From contig NW_021833250.1 of NCBI RefSeq assembly GCF_006345805.1, forward strand, positions 1-64,000: a DNA stretch of 64,000 nt, in the 5' to 3' direction. Made by a program: the position numbers and the translations under genes. Source of the DNA: Octopus sinensis (Eukaryota). Positions 22,777-35,330 of the stretch are shown here, in pieces. The notes under the pieces are model-generated. The model made no database searches and was not told where the DNA came from. It saw nothing but the letters and a program-made list of their open reading frames with translations. Numbering within the stretch: the first letter of the stretch is position 1; every line of letters starts with the position of its first letter.

Positions 22777-25593
22777 TCATTTGGATTCATTTCCTTTTGG
22801 AAATTCATAAATTGTGTGAATAACTTTGTGTGACAGAGACGTATCAAAATGAAATTTAGCATTAATTTTCGACAATACATTAGGCATCCATGAAGTCATC
22901 AATATCAAAGCAATCCGTGCGAATGCTGATAGATCAAAATCCTTTCGATTTATTATGTTATTGCAAGCAAAGAAAAAAGATACGATTAAAAATAATTTTA
23001 CAATGGCTTTACCAATCTCGTAACTCAAAGGAAAATACTCGTTAACGATTGCTTCAAACAATTTGGCATCAATGTATTCCTCTTCATATTTTAACTGAAC
23101 TAATTTTGGTTTTATAGTTTTGGTAAACATTATTGATTGAACTAGTATCCCTTTATAATGTTCCTGAATAGCGTTCATAACTGTAAAAGCGTGAACGAAA
23201 AACATGGCAATAAGCCATATACCACCGACAGTATCAGGTTTAGCAAGCATTGCAATAGCTATTGAAAATACATAAGTGCAAATGATTTGAAAACTCATAA
23301 GAAATACATAGCCTGAAGCAAATGCCCATAATATAAAAAACGGCAATGACGGCAATGATAAAATTTTATCAGGACACTTGGAAGGATATATATTTTTCTT
23401 CATTAGAGGTAAAATATATTTTTTGAAATAACTTAATGGTAAAGTTAGAATCAAATATATGAATGGGATTCCGTAATAAACGAGGCGGAGAAGTAATTCA
23501 CAGATAAAAAATACAACAAATAAAATTGTAGCCAAAATAGGAAGCAAACATAATATAATTTTTATAAAAATATTACTCTTGCAGAAAATAGTCCACATTT
23601 TATGTATACGCGTAATCCACTTAACAAATATAGATTTCCAGAAATATGGGTCGGCAGCAATGAAAACTTTAACTTTAATTATTGCAAGGAGTCGATCATA
23701 ACCCTGAAGTGTAGAAAAAGAATCTTCTTTGAGTTTTGTATCTAATATACTTTCAGCGATAATCTCACTTAAATGACTGGGAAGAACAAACAGGATAAAG
23801 TTAAAAATTATGTAGCTGATTATCCCCAAAAAGGGACCCCAAACAAAACAATCTGAAAGTTCATAGCTTTTCTGGATTCCTAGAATGAAGGAGCGATAAC
23901 CCAATGGAATGCGATCATGTAAAAATATTGTCACCGTTTCATATAAAAATAAGTAATACATTAAAAGATCTAGAAGAATTACTGAGAGAGAAAGCAAAAT
24001 AAGAATACCTCTTCTTAGTCTTGAAACAAACAAAGTCGAATAATGAAAACAAAACAACCAATATAAAAAATGAGAGAAACTGTAAATATTATGTTGTATA
24101 CTAATCCATTCTGATTTGTCTGGCAATGCGTATTTACATAGATATTCATTGTTAGGTAATTGTTGCTGGTGAGGTTCTAGGGAGTTTGGCGATGTGTCTT
24201 CATTTTGAGAATTTAATCTCTCGTTAGTTGACTGTTGCTGGTTAGGTTCTAGGGAATTCGGCGATGTGTCTTCATTTCGAGAATGCACTTCCTCGTTAAT
24301 TGATGGTTGCTGGTTAGGTTCATTTGAATTTGGTGATGAGGGTAGAATTTCCAAATGCACTTCCTCGTTAGTTGATTGTTGATGGTTAGGTTCTAGGGAA
24401 TTTGGTGATGAGGGTAGAATTTCCAAATGCACTTCCTCGTTAGTTGATTGTTGATGGTTAGGTTCTAGGGAATTTGGTGATGAGGGTAGAATTTCCAAAT
24501 GCACTTCCTCGTTAGTTGATTGTTGATGGTTAGGTTCTAGGGAATTTGGTGATGAGGGTAGAATTTCCAAATGCACTTCCTCGTTAGTTGATTGTTGATG
24601 GTTAGGTTCTAGGGAATTTGGTGATGAGGGTAGAATTTCCAAATGCACTTCCTCGTTAGTTGATTGTTGATGGTTAGGTTCTAGGGAATTTGGTGATGAG
24701 GGTAGAGTTTCCAAATGCACTTCCTCGTTAGTTGATTGTTGCTGGTTAGGTTCATTTGAATTTGGTGATGAGGGTAGAATATCCAAATGCACCTCCGCGT
24801 TACCTGATTGTGGCTGGTTGCAGGAATACGGAGGTAATTTAGCTTTTGATATAAACCTGATATACAATGGAAATATGGCCAACAGAACTGCTCCAACAAC
24901 ATTTGCACAATTGACAAACATACTGTTTTCAATGGTATTTCCAGAACAAATGGATTTTGGTTCATAAGTAGTATTATCATTTTTATGTAGTTCACAACAA
25001 TAATTCTTCAGTATCTCACGATAAATACCCAATATTCTGTACGCTAATAACGTATAAGGACTGTTCTTCTGCATGTCGTGCGACAAATTTATAAAGAAAC
25101 ACATATATCCAGATTCTCCCATCTGCGATTCATTGATAAATACGATTCTCTTTAATTCCTCGAAAATCGAATATATTACATCGTATCGCTGAACATTTTG
25201 TTTTCCACAATTCATATCGATATCAATACTTGGAGTAGCAATGTAAGCGTCTAATATATTAAATGAGCGAATTGAAAAGTCAAAGAGGACATTTTTATAC
25301 ATTACTAAACCATCTGGTTTATCTGGAATCCATGTGAAACGTCTCGCATTTGCAAAATAATCTAGTGGCACAGGATTGAGAAGGCCATCAATTTTTTTAT
25401 CAATTATATGGACTTCAAAATTGAAAACTTGTTTGCCTGATCTTACTAGACGAGTTAAATTTTTAATGACAGTGGGAGAAATTTCAGTTGTACAATTATT
25501 TCTGTGTTCTTTTGCATATGTGTTTAGTGATGTGAGAGAAATAATAAGGATGACTGATAAAAGAGGTGCTGTTACCATCTGCATGACAGCCAT
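22777..25593 (-). CDS. Orphan multi-pass membrane protein (938 aa), single coding exon
   Basis: Intact 2.8-kb ORF with complex composition and start context AAACATGG. Hydrophobic N-terminus, ~200-aa Cys-containing segment, one TM, repeat loop, then many hydrophobic helices. A diverged paralog occurs in the window. Confidence 0.9.
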   Translation of the reverse strand: MAVMQMVTAPLLSVILIISLTSLNTYAKEHRNNCTTEISPTVIKNLTRLVRSGKQVFNFEVHIIDKKIDGLLNPVPLDYFANARRFTWIPDKPDGLVMYKNVLFDFSIRSFNILDAYIATPSIDIDMNCGKQNVQRYDVIYSIFEELKRIVFINESQMGESGYMCFFINLSHDMQKNSPYTLLAYRILGIYREILKNYCCELHKNDNTTYEPKSICSGNTIENSMFVNCANVVGAVLLAIFPLYIRFISKAKLPPYSCNQPQSGNAEVHLDILPSSPNSNEPNQQQSTNEEVHLETLPSSPNSLEPNHQQSTNEEVHLEILPSSPNSLEPNHQQSTNEEVHLEILPSSPNSLEPNHQQSTNEEVHLEILPSSPNSLEPNHQQSTNEEVHLEILPSSPNSLEPNHQQSTNEEVHLEILPSSPNSNEPNQQPSINEEVHSRNEDTSPNSLEPNQQQSTNERLNSQNEDTSPNSLEPHQQQLPNNEYLCKYALPDKSEWISIQHNIYSFSHFLYWLFCFHYSTLFVSRLRRGILILLSLSVILLDLLMYYLFLYETVTIFLHDRIPLGYRSFILGIQKSYELSDCFVWGPFLGIISYIIFNFILFVLPSHLSEIIAESILDTKLKEDSFSTLQGYDRLLAIIKVKVFIAADPYFWKSIFVKWITRIHKMWTIFCKSNIFIKIILCLLPILATILFVVFFICELLLRLVYYGIPFIYLILTLPLSYFKKYILPLMKKNIYPSKCPDKILSLPSLPFFILWAFASGYVFLMSFQIICTYVFSIAIAMLAKPDTVGGIWLIAMFFVHAFTVMNAIQEHYKGILVQSIMFTKTIKPKLVQLKYEEEYIDAKLFEAIVNEYFPLSYEIGKAIVKLFLIVSFFFACNNIINRKDFDLSAFARIALILMTSWMPNVLSKINAKFHFDTSLSHKVIHTIYEFPKGNESK
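24147..24794 (-). repeat. Coding minisatellite, 9 x 72 bp (EVHLEILPSSPNSLEPNHQQSTNE)
   Basis: ttcctcgttagttg recurs every 72 bp (e.g. 24361, 24433). The central units are identical. Confidence 0.95.
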
Positions 25594-25603
25594 GTTTCGT
25601 TTT

Positions 25604-25619
25604 CTGTAATAAAGAAAAA
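25604..25619 (-). other. Probable splice acceptor 10 nt upstream of the ATG (5'UTR intron)
   Basis: Minus strand reads TTTTTCTTTATTACAG|AAAACGAAAC ATG. Confidence 0.65.
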
Positions 25620-25844
25620 TTGAACATATAAATTAATGGAGGTTTAATTTCATTTTCCTTATTCCGTAACTATTTAGAATGGAAAATATTTATTCAAAAC
25701 TAAAGGTAACTGTCTTGTAGCTTGTTTAGTTTTGTTTATTCTTTAATCATGCTTTCGTTCATAGTCATACTGTGTATATTTTCATATCAATCTCTTGACA
25801 CTTCCTCTTGAAATTTTTATTGTGATTTCTTTGAGTGCAAAAAA

Positions 25845-25911
<67 letters not shown>

Positions 25912-26959
25912 GAAGAAAGAAAGAATGAAAGAAAGAAAAAACGGACAGAAAAAAGATACATTTTACACGGTATTGGATGGTTCCTAGTTGTAGATTAGTC
26001 CAGTTTTATCAAAATAGTAAAATATTATATTAGTTGAATCAAGTGATATTTGAACTAAAATTATGGATGTATATATATCATAATGAAGAAAGTTATTCAT
26101 TAATTATATGTGTAACAGTTACTAAAAGAAAGCAATTATTAAAGGCTTGACCATCTGGAATTTTTTATAAATTCATGTTCCAAGAAATTTCCTGTAATTT
26201 TGATTTCTGAAGATTATGTAATATTTGAACTACAAGTGTTTTTACAGATTTGAATATTCAGAGTAGACTTTAATGTTTAATAAACAATATTCGTTGCAGG
26301 TGAAATTTTCCATTTTCATTTGCAACAGTCTCTCACTCTCTCTCGCCTCTATTTTCATTGATGATAATTTAATATATATTCATTTCAATATTTTCATTTC
26401 AATTTTTAATTCGCTATTTGCAAATCCTACAGTTTATTCTATATACGTAATTTTTAAAAAATTATTTAATGAATGAATGAATGCTATTAGACAAAATAGC
26501 TGTATAACTTTAAAGCTTATGTTAATATCAGTTTCCGGAATTTGTTAAATGAATAATTTTGATAAAATGAAAATTTCTTAATATACCGGCATAAATTTTT
26601 TAATAAATAAAGAAGAGATTTTGTTGGTGGCTGTTTGGAACGCTATAAGCCTTCCAATAATAAGCATGTGATCGCTGCTACTTCCAGCACGCTAAACGTA
26701 GTTGGGTTACCTTGAAGATTCTTTAAATGAGAGGTATATTACAACAACGATAAATTACTGGAAGAAATATTTACTAAGCAACACTCCTAGTTTGGTTTCA
26801 TTATTACACAAATATCACTTTGGAATTTTGTGTCCAAAAAAATTTGCGACTGAAAATATCAATGTGAAAATATTGTCAAGTGGCTAGCAGAAAACCACCC
26901 GGAGGGCAATCTTTCTGCAAGGGGGATTAATATTGGAAATAATTTCATTATTTTAATAG

Positions 26960-27250
26960 GCTGGTGGCAGAAAGTTGGCAGAATTGTTTGCATGCCGGAT
27001 AAAATGCTTTGTAGTGTTTTTGTCTGTCTTTATATACTATTTTCAAATTCCACCGAGATCGGCTTATTTTTTCGGGGTCAACAAAAACTTCTATCTTTTA
27101 GTCGTTTCAGTCGTTATACTGCGGCTCTGCTAGGACCCCACCTTTAGCTTTTAGTCGAATGAATCAACCCTTATACTTATTTTTAAGCCCAGTACTCATT
27201 CTGTCGATCACTTTGCCCAACCGTTAATTTATGGTAATGCAGTCACACAA
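26960..27250 (+). mobile_element. Degenerate SINE, shared with the duplicate at ~41358-41640
   Basis: TGGCAGAATTGTTTGCATGCCGGATAAAATGCTT head occurs in both blocks. Confidence 0.55.
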
Positions 27251-27260
27251 ACACCAGTTG

Positions 27261-27296
<36 letters not shown>

Positions 27297-28788
27297 TTTC
27301 CTTGTCCTGTCTTTTACTGTTTTTATCGTTATTTATACTGTTTTTTTCTTCATTTGTATTGCTTTTACGTCCTGTTCTTGTCACTTTTTTTTATTTTACC
27401 CCTCCGCAAATGAATCTTATTTAATTCATTTTGCGGGAAGGACTGCTTCGGTGTTGTCGTGTTCTGCCCTTACCTTCGAAACAAGCATTGAGTCGAAACA
27501 GGGGCAGCTGAAGAAGGGGAATTTTCCTTGTGTTGTTTGTCTTGTACTCTGTTTTTTCGTTGTTAAAAAAAGTCCTTTTACTTGTTTGGTTTTATGTTAT
27601 CGTTTCTCGTTGTGTTCTACGTTTATTTGTGGTGTCCTGTACTCATATATGCATGTATATATACATATAGATGTAGGTACGTACATATATGTATGTATGC
27701 ATATGTTTTATTTATTAAATTGTTATTATATATATGCACACACATATATATCAGTAAACAAACAGGGAGTATCAAGGATTGAATAGAAAGAACACAACAA
27801 AGAAAAAAATTAACGGAAACACAGCAAACAGAAAACTAAGGAATCCGTGACAAGAGTAAAATTAGACGAAAACATAACCAACGGAAAATTCGACAAAAAC
27901 ATGGAACATCGAAAATTCGTAGCTGATTTCCTCATCAGTGAATGTCCAAATTATCCTGGTGGTTTCTCTCTTTGTGTCAAAAAATGACTACTAAATATTA
28001 CTTATATCAGCGCTTAAATTTTTTTTGAAAAGGATACATTGGCTATAATAATTTCGAGTAGGCATTACGCCTTTGTAGACAGGATAGTGGTCGGAGATGG
28101 AACATTTTGTACAATAGAACTACTTGTTCAAACTTACCTTTCAGCTAAACAATAGCAACAATACCAACGACGGTGACCACAACAACAGCAATAACAATAG
28201 TAAGAATTGTTTTCTTACCTTTTGTGAGCGAGTCACTTCTCAAACACGAAAATGTAATTTTGTTCGCTTTCCTGGTTAAAATAAATGTGCGATAAGATAG
28301 TTGGTCTGCACAATAATAACTTTAGTTTGATTTAATGGCTTTAAATACAGACATAAATACATAGATACATACATTCATATTTATATACACACATATATAC
28401 TTATATGAATATATACATACATAACCTAGATAACGACAATGCTCTCTGAGTATATTAGTTGCAAACAACTTGCAGAAAGAAGTGCTAACAGTTAGATATC
28501 ACAGATGCCAGATACTACCTGATGTATGAGGTCATCAAGAGAGAAGGCACATCGTTCTGAGAACTTTCTTTCGCTGGTGTTATTGCACATTGACCCCACT
28601 TACAGAGATAAGGCCCCGCTTACTAGAGCAACTGTTTCATGTGGTATTCTTCTAGCCACTTAGTATAAAGGGGGGGAGATATGTGTAAGAATGTATTTAC
28701 ATAGGTAGACGTGTATATGTCTGCATGTCGTGAGTGTTTTTGTATGTATGCATATACGGGCACACACACACACTCATATATATGTGTG

Positions 28789-29300
28789 TGTAAACGCTCT
28801 AAGTTAAGTCGTATTTAGGCAATGCATATAATTAAGGCTAAAGTATCTTCCTGGTTGCTAACAAAAATTTAATTAGCCTTTACTATTTAATTGAAATAAT
28901 ACTGTTTTTTAAACAATGGCGGTGAAACTTAATAGACATTTTCAATGTTTTAGGTGCCTAATATCCATGTATGGATATGTTTAAAATTTCACACTCATAT
29001 ATATATGAGTGTGAAATTTTAAACATATCCATACATTTTCCCTTTGTCACTACTATACCTTTATTAAATAGGACTTAACTGATATCAAGTATCCTGTTTA
29101 CATTATACCTTCTCATGTCCAAAATATTAGGCACCTGAAACATTGAAAATGTCTAGTAAGTTTCACCGCCATTATTTAAAAAACAGTATTATTTCTATTA
29201 AATAGCAAAGGCTAATTAAATTTTTCTTAGCAACCAGGAAGATACTTCAGCCTTAATTATATGCATTGCCTAAATATGATCTAACTTAGAGCGTTTACTC
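28789..29300. repeat. Local inverted duplication containing a perfect 70-bp palindrome (28967-29036)
   Basis: 28789-28964 mirrors 29123-29299 (~10 differences in ~175 bp). The duplicate block has only the right-hand orientation. Confidence 0.9.
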
Positions 29301-29758
29301 ACAGTTATAGAACGATAATACACACACAATAACGTCTTAGAATGCATTCTAAATATACGAGGTGATATCAAAATATTCCCGGACTAGTTATCTTCTTATA
29401 TAATAACACGTTTAGTGTGACCCTGTCTTTCACGCTGTACGCTGTAGGTAAAAAAAGTAGTAAAACAACACACGAAGTGGCAGTGAGTGGTAGTCAGAGA
29501 TGCTAAAGCAGACAGACAATATTTAAAGGCTCTACTCGGAAGACGCTAGGGAAAGACGAGTGACAGTCTGAGGCGGCGACAGTCAGAGGTGAGCTCTGAA
29601 TTCCCCACAATGAAAATGAAATCAAATTTTCATCGTAAATTATATCTCTCGATTTCACAAGCACACACACACACACACACACGCACACATTTACACACAC
29701 ACACGCGCATTTGTATGCACATGCATAGATTTATATACATAGGTATGTGCATGTATGA

Positions 29759-29815
<57 letters not shown>

Positions 29816-29889
29816 AGGTTTTGGTATCCAGAAGACCTAAGATGGCAGGTAAGGCTATGAAAGTGCTATAGAAGGATAATAGACCTCCG

Positions 29890-30170
29890 GTCCGATAATA
29901 TAAATTTTAAACAGCGATACGCTGCGCATCTCAATTCTTTTAGAGATGAGAAACACAGTAAACCCACAACCCACGCCAGTCGCATACATCATCACAAAAA
30001 TAGGAATATTACATATAACTTATGATGGTCCATAATAGATTCAGGGCTTTCATACCAAGGTCACGCTCAGCCTGCAAGTTATATCTAAAAGAAGCATTCA
30101 ACATATTAAAGCATAACTTTTCAATACTACTAAATAAATATAACGAGGCCTTAGGTACATACAACCACCG
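29890..30170 (+). mobile_element. Penelope-like GIY-YIG endonuclease C-terminal remnant
   Basis: NFKQRYAAHLNSFRDEKHSKPT...WSIIDSGLSYQG...KLYLKEAFNIL...LLNKYNE across frameshifts. Confidence 0.55.
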
Positions 30171-30438
30171 CTTTTTTTCATACATTCAAATTTTACCTCA
30201 GATCTAAATGCAACCTAAATCACTACACTGTACATATATCGAACACCCTTTAGACAATCTCCAGCAGCCCAATCCGACTTTCCAATGTCTTAATTTTTTA
30301 ACTTTTCAATTTTTTTATTGTTTAACTATAAATTTTAAACAGCAATACCATGCGCATCACAGTTCTTTTAGATTGGTTTCCGGTATGCGGAAATTTAGAT
30401 TGGTAGCACTTGCACAAAGTTGTTTGCAAAACATATAT

Positions 30439-30472
<34 letters not shown>

Positions 30473-32074
30473 ATTATTGAAGTAGATAAATGAATTATCT
30501 TATTACGGATAATTCAAATGATAACCGATACCTGGTTAGCAAAAATCACAACAGAAAAGGCACGGTTGGGGTTACGACCATGGGGCCTAAAATCCGTGCC
30601 TTAGTGCGGAAATTTGAAGTTTTATATATTTAGTGTAGGAAGAAATGGAGCTGAACGAAGATTTAACAAAATTCCTTTTTATTATTTTCTACATATGTTT
30701 CAAAGGTTGCAAAGTCCCTAATTCGGATTGAATAAGGAGTCCATTTTGCAGCCTTCTCTTCAGGAAAATCCAGGAACTTAATTCTCCAACAAAATGCACA
30801 GCAAACTTTTCGACAAAACGCTCACGAGGAGCCCATGGAATAAATGGCACAAACTGTCCATCTTTATGCGTTGACGCCAGGTTGGGTGAAAGCAGACGAG
30901 AAGGTCCGTTGAGATAATACAAGGTCAAAATCCGGTTAGCAGAAGGGGAGTACAGGAAAATCAAAGAGTGTGAATGTATTCTGTATGACTGGTGTTAATA
31001 TTTGAATTATTTTAAGAATGAGTGCTAGAGCGTTTGAGTGTGAGAAATTGCTTTCATGTATGTGTGTGTGCGTCTATGTATGTGTGGCAGTGTGTTTCGA
31101 AGGCAGCAAGAGAGAGAGATATATATAGCAGGTATTAATGGTCAAGCAACAGAAAAGACTGTGTCTGTGTGTTCGACTGTAACGACTTGATAGAGAGAGG
31201 GGGTGTCACAATGGTCATGGCAGGATACAGTGCTGCTGTCAGGGATGTCAGCAGTTCTAGACAACTAGCAGTTCTTATAATAACAGGGGAGTGATATCCC
31301 CTTACAAATTTAATTCAAATTTTTTTCCAATTTTCTTAGGAAATCAAGGGGTTAACTATATTAGACTTCATTGGTATGAGAGAAATGTATGCCTTTTCCA
31401 GTGGGGGCATCTGAAAGAATTTTGCACAATCGAGTTAACAAGGTACCCTCGGGCGAACAAAATATGAAAGAGTTCCGAGTTACAAAGAGCACAGATTTTT
31501 TTGCCCTTATCAAACGGTATAATAACTAATCCACCCGGCTATGATTAACTATATACGCGTTTCGGAGCTAGACAGATGTGAAAAATGTAAAATCATATTT
31601 CCACTCTATCATTCTCCTCTTCAGTACAGTAATTCAAGATTTTAAATTTGAGAGCAGCACTGCAAAAATTAAACATGCCTTATCTGACCAGGCGACATCA
31701 GACAACATACATCTAACGACCAGTACTTCCGAATTCAAACAGAATTATGCTCATAATTATAAAATTGTATGTATCGAAACATTTGTAACGATTAAAAAGT
31801 TGCCTAACCATACTTACTCTTCCTTTTGACTCTTTTAATTTTTACTTACTCTTCCTTTTGACTCTTTTAATTTTTACTTTATATATATATATCTCATGGT
31901 GCGATACGAACACTTAACGTGGTTTTTGTAGTCAGAGTTTCGACTGCTATTTCGGCATGTTGGTGTCTCTTAGACACCCTCATTTTTAATTGTTAAAAAT
32001 TATTACCTTTGTACGGTATTTTTCCCATGCTGGCCACTTGATAATATGGATACTTAAATATCGATATTATCCTC

Positions 32075-32182
<108 letters not shown>

Positions 32183-32312
32183 CTTAGTTGGAAAAGGATG
32201 CGTGGCGTTCGATCATAGAATAATATAAATAATATATAAATATATGCATATATACATATAGATATATGTACATACCTACACACACACACATACACACACA
32301 CACACACACACA

Positions 32313-32424
<112 letters not shown>

Positions 32425-33653
32425 CATATATGGGTACAAGACATAAAAAAACGTAGACAATGAGAAACGAAAACATTAAAAACAAAAACACAGAAAACGA
32501 ACTTTTTTCGAACAACGAAAAAAAAAACAAACAGAGAAACGAGACATGCAGCATAAAGAACATTCTCTTCATAAGTTGTCCCCCGTTTAATCTACTCCGC
32601 GTTGCGAAGGTAAGGACAATACGCAACTTCGTTAAAACAGTCCTTCCCGCAAAGCAAATTAATTGAAATTTGAGATTTTTTGCGGAAGGTGAAAGTGGTA
32701 AAAAAAACAGGACAGTGAGAACAAGACAGTAAAAACAAAAAGTGAGGGCTATTAAGCCAAGACGATGTGAAGATTATGAACGCTAGAAAAACGAAGTTTG
32801 AGAAGAGACAGGTAAAAGCACGACTTGTCTTTAGGAAGGAAGTGGAAGAAAGATAGATGGCCTTTCGTCATGTGTCAGCGACGTGAGAGTCAAGGAGGAA
32901 GAGTGAGATAGAGAGAGAGGGAACGGTGAAGGGGAGAGGAGAAGAGTAGGGAAAGGGTGGGAGAGAAAAACAGAAAAGAAGAACAAGAGAGGGAGATAGA
33001 TAGACAGCGAAGAGATAGAATAAGAGTGCGCGTCATAATTATTAAGATAAAACTTATTTGGAAAAGGATGTGTGGCGTTCGTTCATATAATAATATAAAT
33101 AATATATAAATATATGCATATATGCATACATATATGTACATACCTACATATATATGTATATATACATGCATATATGGATACAGGAAATCAAAAAAGCGTA
33201 GACACAATGAGAAACGAAAACATAAAACAAAAACAGAAAACAAACTTTTTTTCGAACAACAAAAAACAAACAAACAGAGAAACGAGACATGCAAAATAAG
33301 TTTTCCCCTGTTTTGTCTACTCCGCGTTTCGAAAGTAAGGACAATACGCGCCTTGGTTAGAACAATCCTTCCTGCAAAGCATCGTCTTGGTTTAACAACC
33401 GTCACGTTTGCTTTTACTGTCTTGTTCTCACTGTCCTGTTTTTGTTACCACTTTCGCTCTCCACAATAAAACCCAAATTTTATTTAATTTGCTTTTTTTA
33501 CCTGTTCAAAGTATGTTTTTACCTTTTCATATTATATTCGCTATCTGTTATCTTCTTCTTCTTCTTCTTCTTCTTCTTCTTCTTCTTCTTCTTCTTCTTC
33601 TTCTTCTTCTTCTTCTCACTGCTATTACTCTTATTATTGTTATTATTATTATT

Positions 33654-34178
33654 GAGTGAGAGAGCAGTGCATGTCATCAAAGTGACACTAGAGTAAAATA
33701 TACGAAGCCCAGTATACTCATCATGACTATCCGTCTGATAAGGGTACAGTAGGCACATGCATCATACCCATATGTGCGTGACATGATAATCTCATATCAA
33801 GATAAGCAGTGCATGACGTTGCAGGTGGGACTCAGAATTTTCTTCTGGTCGAGTAGCCCATCCGCTTAAAAGGTCCCTGAATAAGGAACGAAACACCCAT
33901 GTTTCCAGAAGTGAATTATTCAAACCCCAAAGAATTCCTCTCAACACATGGCTATGATGCTCCCCCACTACTTCTGCTCATGATCAGAGATGCAAATATC
34001 GCCAGCCATTAATGGACATGTTCAACTGGTTGGGGTCAAAGAACTGACAAGGAAATCTGTGGTATTGAGGAGAATATTTGCTGTAGCCCATTTTTATACC
34101 AAGACAAAACAATGTTCCTGATAACACTTCCAATCAGTGAAGATCAGAAGCCATGAGAATCACTGCCTAGTACTGCAT
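33654..34178 (-). mobile_element. Non-coding ~525-bp TAA-flanked element (longest copy)
   Basis: Flanked by (TTA)n on +. Same sequence as 59997-60486 and 60547-60882. Confidence 0.75.
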
Positions 34179-34193
34179 ATTATTATTATTATT

Positions 34194-34420
34194 CAGCAGT
34201 TTTATTTTTATAATATGCTTTCACTGCATTACCGAGCGCAGCTCTGTGTGCCTTAGGTATGTGCTGTGGTTTGCCGTGATGCTCTTATGGTAATTGTATT
34301 GAAAGCGTTTTATGCAGGATATGTGCAGTGCCTAGTAGTACTATTTTCTGTATGTTATATATAATTTTTAGTCCTGGTATTTTTGTTATGTATTTGTCTG
34401 AATGTTTTGTATCATACCTA
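34194..34420 (-). mobile_element. 5'-truncated 3' end of the Dong-like LINE
   Basis: Reverse complement matches the last ~230 bp of 55793-59896. Both sides are (TAA)n. Confidence 0.85.
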
Positions 34421-34589
34421 TTATTATTATTATTATTATTATTATATTATTATTATTATATTATTATTATTATTATTATTATTATCATTATTATTATTGT
34501 TGTTATTAAGGCTTACAGTATCGTAGATATCGATAGACCTATATCTTAAAAAAGTCTTATCTTATATGTCTCAATTTGGTTTTTAAAAT

Positions 34590-35330
34590 GCTTATTCAAG
34601 ATGAATAATGCATCATCCCTGTATAGACCACCTCCTAGCTCAGGAAATTCCCTACTTATTGTAAACAGCGTATACATACCCATCAGATTAGTGACTTGTG
34701 CTGAATCCATTGATCCCATAGTTATATCGAAGTTATCATTTTTATCCTTCCTTAACCAGTCCTTATTCCGAAATTTTATAAATGATTTTCTTGCCGCTAA
34801 ACTTACGTTTGTTTCTTCATGGTTAGTGCAGAGTTTTTCTTAGCAAATAAAAGCTTTGTTAAGTAGGATGGACTTTATAGATGAGTAATAGCTATTTATG
34901 TAGATTTGTATAAATTTATTTATATATTTATTATCTATCTTATTAAACCAATTGATTACTTCATATGAGCTAGACCAAAAAGTTAGTTTAATTATAATTC
35001 TTAAAGTGGATATATATTTATCCATGATCATCTAACTAATCTCACCAAAGTCTGATTCCGAGAGGCATATGAGCCTTACATTAAGCTTAGTCCTGAAATT
35101 AGGATTGTGGTCCTTAATGATAATTCTTGACATTCTGAGTTCATAAGGTTCTGTCTTCTTGGCTATCTTATATTTTTCCATTGCATACTTCTTAGGTTGT
35201 TGCTGTTTGCTACTTTATAGTTCTTAGTTATTTCTTCCTTAAGAAGTCTTTGATACTAAGGAATGCTTATATTAGAAAGGATACCGGTCTTTTTTGGCAT
35301 AAACCAGTGCGCCTTTCTTCCTTAGTACTT
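34590..35330 (-). mobile_element. Penelope-like element reverse transcriptase remnant
   Basis: Minus translation: IKDHNPNFRTKLNVRLI...VINWFNKI...AARKSF...WLRKDKNDNFDITMGSMDSAQVTNLMG...GLYRDDAL. Confidence 0.8.

Larger units (their letters stand above)
21350..29400. repeat. Segmental duplication, copy 1 (copy 2 at ~37600-44780, same orientation)
   Basis: Colinear homology in the non-coding flanks (21570/37745, 26975/41360, 28010/43430, 29345/44715), the LINE remnant and the gene. Confidence 0.9.

Noticed and set aside
24147-24794. Regular repeats resembling a CRISPR array
   Set aside because: They are contiguous 72-bp coding units with no unique spacers, in a eukaryotic context.
24681-24995. 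Overlapping alternative-frame ORF (also 40383-40751)
   Set aside because: A by-product of the repeat region of the main ORF; no independent start context or conservation evidence.
27900-27960. CTGATGA on the minus strand (related copy at ~10160)
   Set aside because: Followed by GAAT rather than GAAA and no credible stem II; at most a decayed hammerhead.
28660-28675. TATAAA box conserved in both duplicate blocks
   Set aside because: It is on the + strand, opposite to the gene, and its conservation is explained by the duplication itself.
30540-31560. Complex sequence with a 91-aa ORF (30689-30964); similar unassigned stretches at 3400-4200 and 16820-17100
   Set aside because: No recognisable domain, termini or splice pattern; probably decayed TE, but this cannot be supported from the sequence alone.
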